Assembly (NCBI GenBank): GCA_964016885.1
Contig: OZ024742.1
Coordinates: 48,670,001-48,734,000, forward strand
Reading direction: 5' to 3'
Length of the DNA stretch: 64,000 nucleotides
Source of the DNA: Eledone cirrhosa
Lineage: Eukaryota
Shown piece after piece: positions 56,989 to 64,000 of this stretch (the stretch's first letter is position 1; every line of letters starts with the position of its first letter). The notes below the pieces were generated by a model, which was given only the letters and a program-made list of their open reading frames with translations, had not been told where the DNA came from and did no database searches. The translations under genes were made by a program, and so were the position numbers.

Positions 56989-57362
56989 TGTATGCGCACG
57001 CGCATATGTGTTTATGCGTGTTTGTATGTATGTATATATACATGTATATATATATGCATATATTATGTCAGATCACCAGTTGGTGCTACTGGTAACATGT
57101 ATCCCAGTACAGCCTGTGTCATGGTCGGGTCGTTGGCGACTAAACTGGCAACCCCACCAAGGTTTCCTGGTGAGGAGGGTGACTTTGGACATCCTGCAGG
57201 AATAAAAACAAAACCTGTCAAATGGCAAAGGAGCTCTTAAGAGTCAATGGCCATCCAACATCACCGGGAGGGTGACCAAGACAGAATTCTAGGAGAAGGA
57301 AAACTCTGATATAACACTTGCAACCCTGATGGTATCCAATGATGTTGACTTGTTGTTTTTTT

Positions 57363-57371
<9 letters not shown>
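56220..57371. mobile_element. Probable RTE 5' UTR fragment (minus, 56220-56810) with a ~430-bp fold-back duplicate
   Basis: 56500-56935 is the reverse complement of 56940-57371; ctaggagaaggaaaactctga recalls RTE 5' UTRs (from memory, not searched). Confidence 0.6.
57092..57148 (+). ncRNA. HDV-like ribozyme candidate, degenerate (mirror copy 56739-56795 on the minus strand)
   Basis: P2 CCAGT/ACTGG, P3 ACA/TGT, partial P1 ..CATG/CATG.., GG, P4 TCG ttgg CGA, J4/2 CTAA; L3 is only 5 nt. Confidence 0.4.
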
Positions 57372-57406
<35 letters not shown>

Positions 57407-57412
57407 TATATA

Positions 57413-57905
57413 CACAGAGATATCCACAGTAAGTTGTGGGGTCTAGTCTGCATGAAGAACTCAATGTAATCCATATGTTGAAAATGTTGTAGGTTAAAAT
57501 AAATCCCGGAAAACAATAAAACATTAAAAGGAAAACAGAGTCATGATATAAGTTAAAACAATGAAATAAAAATTGAAGTCATTAGAAATATTCTTCAGGT
57601 TTCTAGGTGATGATAATACATCCTAACTATACTTCGATATCGATCTATGTAAGGTTAGTTACAAAATATCAGATAAAGAGAATATGTACTTACATGCATA
57701 TCACCAGCTGTTGTCAAAAACAATAATTGACAACAGCTGGTGATATGCATGTAAGTAAATATTGTCTTTATCTGATATTTTGTAACTAACTTTACATAGA
57801 TCGATATTGAAGTATAGTTACGACGTATTATCATCACTTAGAAACGATTGTAAAGCAGTGAAGTATAATTCTAATGACTTGATTTTTTATTTCATTGCTT
57901 TACCT
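57413..57905. mobile_element. Diverged family-A-like terminal fragment, fold-back
   Basis: atgaagaactcaatgtaatcc and aaaacagagtca shared with family A; 57555-57717 is inverted at 57727-57895. Confidence 0.75.
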
Positions 57906-57914
57906 TATATATAA

Positions 57915-58641
<727 letters not shown>

Positions 58642-59105
58642 TATATATATATAGCGTTCGTCCACGTGTGTTTTGTTAGTTCAATTCTACACGCTGTCGC
58701 TGGCCTGCTTTTAATTCCCCTCCGGCATTTTAGCAGTGGCGATCTAGTTAATGTGTTGAGCATTACTGAAGCTCAACACCAACCGTGACTAACCCCACTG
58801 AAAATTTACGTGAAATAGTCTTTTAAGACTATATAGTGCATTTGTAGTTTTCCCAAAATTGACGATTAAGTATTTCTTCTTCATTTTATTTTAAGTTAAG
58901 ATCGTACTGCTATTTTCCCAAACTTACACAAAGTCTGAGGATAAAGTTTGTCTTCTTGATTTCTTTTAAATTAAGATTGTATTACTTTTCCCACATCTTA
59001 CATTAAAAATGTTTTCATCTTGATGGTATAGTCACTTATATGTCTGAATTATTGTTGCAATTTTGCTTACATTAATTTCTCTATTTTCATTTATATATCT
59101 ATATA

Positions 59106-59167
<62 letters not shown>

Positions 59168-59182
59168 CGTGTGTGTATAAAT

Positions 59183-59334
<152 letters not shown>

Positions 59335-59549
59335 ATTTATTTTATTTTCAATGGCTGACAATACATTACCGCCGCCACTCTAATAATGTAGTTATTTAAC
59401 CCATAAATGGGGCCTTAACAGGTACTACTACTCCAGGTCAGAGCAGACCTGGGAATTATTACAACTAAGGAGTAACTCCACATTCCCCATAGCTCCTGAA
59501 TTCCCGAACTGGAGCCTTGTCACTGGATGTAGTTTAATGTTATACCTAA

Positions 59550-60097
59550 AGATTGGGAATACGGAAGATGATGTGGTTGAGAGGAAGAGCAAAGCCTGTG
59601 CGGCGTGTCACAGCTTGAGATCGGCATGGAAGTCGGACCTTCGTAAAGACCTAAAAATCCGCCTCTTCATTGCTGTGGTGGAGTCTGTGCTGCCGTACGG
59701 GCAGTGACTTGGACACGGACCAAGAAACTCACTCAGATGGTGGATGGGTGCTACACGAGAATGCTGAGGATGGCTCTGAACACTAATCAGTATACACTGA
59801 GGATGAAAAACTCAGAGATGTATGGGAGCCTCCCAAAAGTCAGCTCAAAAGTGACAGAGAGGAGACTGAGGATAGTTGGACATGCTCACCGACATCCAGA
59901 GTTGACATTACACTCAGTGTTCCTGTGGGAGCCCCTACAAGGACACACTGGAAGAGGAAGACCAAGGTTAATGTATGTTGATGCCCTAAGGACAAACACT
60001 GGTCTGTTGGAGACGCAGGACATGGCAGCGATAATGAGCGACAGAGACCGCTGGAGAGAACTCGTCCATCGATCTCGGGAATTTTACCCGCACTAGA
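59550..60097 (+). mobile_element. RTE LINE 3' fragment, same family as 1-2215
   Basis: ORF 59704-60096 is nearly collinear with 1666-2215; (TA)n tail. Confidence 0.88.
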
Positions 60098-60122
60098 ATA
60101 TATATATATATATATATATATA

Positions 60123-60288
60123 GAAACGAGTAGGACCCCGACGGCTGAGCTCAAGCCGTTATTAGCCGTAGAAATGGCTTGAGCTCGCCGTCGGGGTCCT
60201 ACTCGTTCCTATTACCCACTCTACTACCCTAAGTATTGAGTACTTTGGCGCGTTATGGTCCATCTGGTTCCTTACCACATTTCCTTCG

Positions 60289-60290
<2 letters not shown>
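60123..60290 (+). mobile_element. Short (TA)n-embedded stub with a GC-rich hairpin
   Basis: 60125-60145 pairs with 60187-60207 and 60147-60157 with 60176-60186; tactaccctaagtat.gagt shared with 32383. Confidence 0.65.
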
Positions 60291-60349
<59 letters not shown>

Positions 60350-60482
60350 AAAGTTATATTTAAATTGTTGGGATACAACAAGCAAATATTATTATAACTG
60401 ATATAAAGCACTCGACAAATATTTGGAGTAGATATACAATATTAATAAATGGAAACTATATTTATAAAACCATATTTATTTC

Positions 60483-60540
60483 ATTATATATATTTCAAGG
60501 ATACCAAGTTAAATCATGGTATGCCTTCATCAGATAAAAT
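60483..60540 (-). ncRNA. Hammerhead-like motif
   Basis: Minus strand: ttat CTGATGA AGG c ATACCA tgatttaact TGGTAT CCT t GAAA TATA TA taa; stem II covaries with 50888. Confidence 0.6.
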
Positions 60541-61589
60541 ACAATATATAACAGTTTTACAAATAGATATTGACATACCCTTTCAAAAAGGTGACCGTTG
60601 TTTTTGGAGGCCATCCGGATAGTGGTTTGTTTACTTTAGTAAGACATTGTGTTATGAGTAAATAAAAAGATGGAGAGATAGAGAAAAAAGTGGAGAAAAA
60701 GAGAAAGGGAAAGATAGATAAAGAAAAAGAAGAAAGCAAAAAGAAAAGAGAACAGAGGAAAAATAACGGGGAGATATCAAAACATCAGACAGAGAAAGAA
60801 CTCAAGAGAGAGATATGTAGAGATAGAGAGAGGGGGGGGGGGGAGAGAACGAAAACCTTAAGTTATGTCATATTAAGTTGAGTTAACAATTGAGATGAAA
60901 TGAATAAATAAAATTAGAAATATTAATATTCGTGAATGGAATATAGATATATAATATGAGGAATTACACATTGTTTAATTATGATTATATATTTAGTTTA
61001 AAAATTGAGATCAATATATTAAAAATTGGAATTTAAACATTATAAAATATATATATTATTAGAGAGATTATCTATCGTATATCACATATACATAGGCAAA
61101 GGTACATAAATATATATATATACTCACTCACTCAGAAAATACACATTATATCTACTCCCGCACATAATGTATACATACAAAGCATAAGTGATTTTTTTAT
61201 TTGTTGCTATACACTCCTTGTGTTATTAATTAAAAAAATTTAGTATATATATATATAAATATATAGGATTAACTTTTCTGCATTTATGGCTGTTAAATTA
61301 TGCATATCTGCAATCAAAAGCTGCATGTGTAAGCCTGTACACTCACACCCATAATTCTTAGCTATACATGAATAGATATGTGTGTGCATCTTCAATTGGT
61401 ATACACGCGTCACTCATGCATATATACAGACAGATATATAATCAGAAAAAAAAAACATATAACACATGTATATCTATGTCAACACGCACATATAGATACA
61501 TAAGCCGTATATAGACACAAGTATACATCTATATATAACATAGTACAATTGAGTATATAAAACACAAAAGGATTATATTTTGGAAATAT

Positions 61590-62250
61590 AATTATATCAA
61601 TATAACTTAAAAGGCAAACGAAATCTACAAACATCAAAATACTAAAATATCCCAACATATTATAGAATATTTCAAGTTAAAATAATGTTTAATATATTTA
61701 GCATAGAAATTTATCTTACGTATATTTTAATCAAGACATTGAAAGGACAAACTTTTGAAAATTATAAGAAGCTATCAGAATAAAAAATGAATCTAATAAA
61801 AATTATGAGAAGCTATCAGAATAAAAACAAATCTAATAAAAAATGAAAAATAAAATGAATCTAATACAAAAAATGAATCTAATAAAAAAATAAATAAAGT
61901 GAATCTAATAAAAAAATAAAAATAAAATATTATAACTTAAAAAACAAGGATTCTACAAATATCAATATATTAAAAAATATTTAAAAAATTAAAAAAATGT
62001 TTAAAATTGAAAAATAAAAAAAATTAAAAAATTTTAAAAAATTTTAAAAATTTTTAAAAAATTTTAAAAAATCCTTTAAAAAATTCTTTAAAAAATTCTT
62101 TAAAAAATTCTTCAAAAAAATTTCAAAAATTCTCAAAAAATTTAAAAATGTTTAAATATTATAGAATATTTTAAGCTAAAATAATATGTTTAGTATAGAA
62201 ATTTATCTTACGTATATTTTATTCAAGATATTGAAAGGATAAACTTTTCT
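61590..62250. repeat. A/T-rich tandem and direct repeats, probably PLE 3' UTR
   Basis: aatctaataaaaa-type repeats, (aaaaaatttt)n, and 61660-61760 similar to 62155-62250. Confidence 0.6.
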
Positions 62251-62329
62251 AGAATAGTTTATTATATTTATAATTATATTTATGAAGAAAATTTATACTT
62301 GGGTACTTAACCAAAGAAAATGAAAAAGG

Positions 62330-62761
62330 TGAAGGAATCTAATGATTTATCGACAGGTTTCGTATATTAACTAAATTATTTAATTAATTAAACTACATTT
62401 TAAATTTATATTTATATTTAAACGTTGAGTTCAATCTATGTCTGCAGCAACTGAATAAATTATTCCTTAAATTAAGGGAATTTTTGGTCTTTAATTTAAA
62501 AAATATTTCCTCTATACAAAGATCACAATTTTCAGAAGAGGAATTAAAAGGAGTAGCTTATGAAATAATATTCCAAATCAGCGAATATTCTACATTATCT
62601 CGTTTTAGGTCCCATAATAGGCTAGATAGCGAAGTTGAAGATTTTTTGTTTGGATCTGTAAAAGAATTGTTATGATTATTGAAGCGGGATTTAAATTCTG
62701 TAGAGGTAGAACAGACATAGTTAAATGAATTTAAATTAGTTTTAAAATTACAATTATACAC

Positions 62762-62762
<1 letters not shown>
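62330..62762 (-). pseudogene. PLE GIY-YIG 3' fragment
   Basis: VYNC..NYVCSTSTEFKSRFNNH..SF..TSLS..W.LK....Y...W.I, then CDLCIEE. Confidence 0.75.
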
Positions 62763-62828
<66 letters not shown>

Positions 62829-62835
<7 letters not shown>

Positions 62836-64000
62836 AATCTACCCACAATTAAGAAAACACGTTAACTTACCACTCTGGGAAAACACATCCCAAGTAATTA
62901 ACTGGTTAACTAATATTAGAAATAAATCATCTGCTTCATTTCTACAATTTGATATAGATGCTTATTATTCCTCAATATCACTCATACTCCTGAACAAACT
63001 CATCTATGGATGACATTAATATTATCAGGCACGCTAGACAAACACTACTGGAGTTTCAGAAGGAATACTGGACCAGAAATACATATATTAATCTCTTCGA
63101 CATTACTATGTGCTCTAGTGATTCCGCCCAAATTACCGATCTTGTGGGCCTCTTTCTCCTATTTAACATTAATTCATCTTTTCCCCACCTTAAAGGTAGT
63201 TTATATTGTGATCACGGTTTTCTTCTTTCCACTAATCTTAGCCTATCAGAAATTGAAAAAATAAAAAACTTAGAACTTTCCTCAAAGACAATTACAATCT
63301 CACTATTACATTTGAAAACACCAGTAAAATAGTCAATTTCCTAGATATAACTTTAGACCTATCTACGGGTATCTCCCAACTTTACCATATACCTAACCAA
63401 AACTTACATTACATACACTCACAATCCAATCACCCTAGATCTATCCTTAAAAACCTAGCATATAACATCTCACTCAGAATCTCTAACCTTTCATCTAACC
63501 TGGATGTATTCGCTAAAAACGCGCCCTTTTATAACGAAGCTTTAGCTAGAAGCGGCCACAAAAACAAATTAGTCTATATAACTTGCACCAATAATACTTC
63601 AAACATACAACCTAATATTACCAACAAACACCAAATGAAAAACCCACACCTAAATGCCACTGATGCTACACCTAAAAATTCCAACCTAAAATTGAATTTC
63701 TCTACCTCTTCTCACATAAAATATAATGACTTTCAAAAAACCATTCATCCTAATACTCCAATATATGTTAACAACATTACTAACAAAATTCCTAGTAATC
63801 AGACTAAAGCACCTAACTCGGTTAATCTAACTAAACCTATATATAATAAATTCACTAATAGTAACTCTCTTAGTAAACATCCTGATACATCGTATAAATA
63901 TAAAAATAAATATCGAAACCATAATAGACGGGTTACATGGTATAATACTCCATTTAATCTACAAATTAAAGATAATATCCCCCAAACATTTTTTACTATC
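62829..64000 (+). mobile_element. Second family-A PLE RT region, frameshifted; runs off the right edge
   Basis: Collinear with 23080-24250; preceded by a short inverted copy of the family-A terminus (gtagataaatctacc). Confidence 0.88.

Noticed and set aside
59405-59548. Fragment resembling a widespread interspersed repeat (ggtactactactccaggtcagag)
   Set aside because: Single copy here, and the family cannot be assigned without a search

Overview
AT-rich eukaryotic DNA with no host protein-coding exon that I can recognise. The abundant tRNA-like SINE suggests an octopod cephalopod, but this is inference only. The window is a mosaic of (TA)n/(CA)n microsatellites and retroelements: at least three kinds of Penelope-like element (PLE; RT plus GIY-YIG), one almost intact Dong/R4-type RLE LINE (40936-44716), degenerate RTE, L1/Tx1, RLE and CR1/Jockey-like fragments, and about a dozen SINEs. 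Two patterns stand out. First, at least 15 hammerhead-ribozyme-like motifs occur, either at PLE 3' ends or inside small non-coding elements that repeat in tandem with periods of about 480-810 nt (retrozyme/pLTR-like). Three of them carry a U3-A8 core variant, and there is also an HDV-like ribozyme candidate in an RTE 5' UTR. Second, about 15 fold-back (inverted-duplication) insertions sit in (TA)n tracts. Many have short arms ending at TA microhomologies, three have 23-24 bp tandem repeats at the apex, and two are inverted copies of neighbouring non-PLE DNA. Together these suggest a (TA)n-targeted, snap-back-primed retrotransposition system. All calls were made by eye; element boundaries are approximate (tens of bp) and ribozyme activity is untested.
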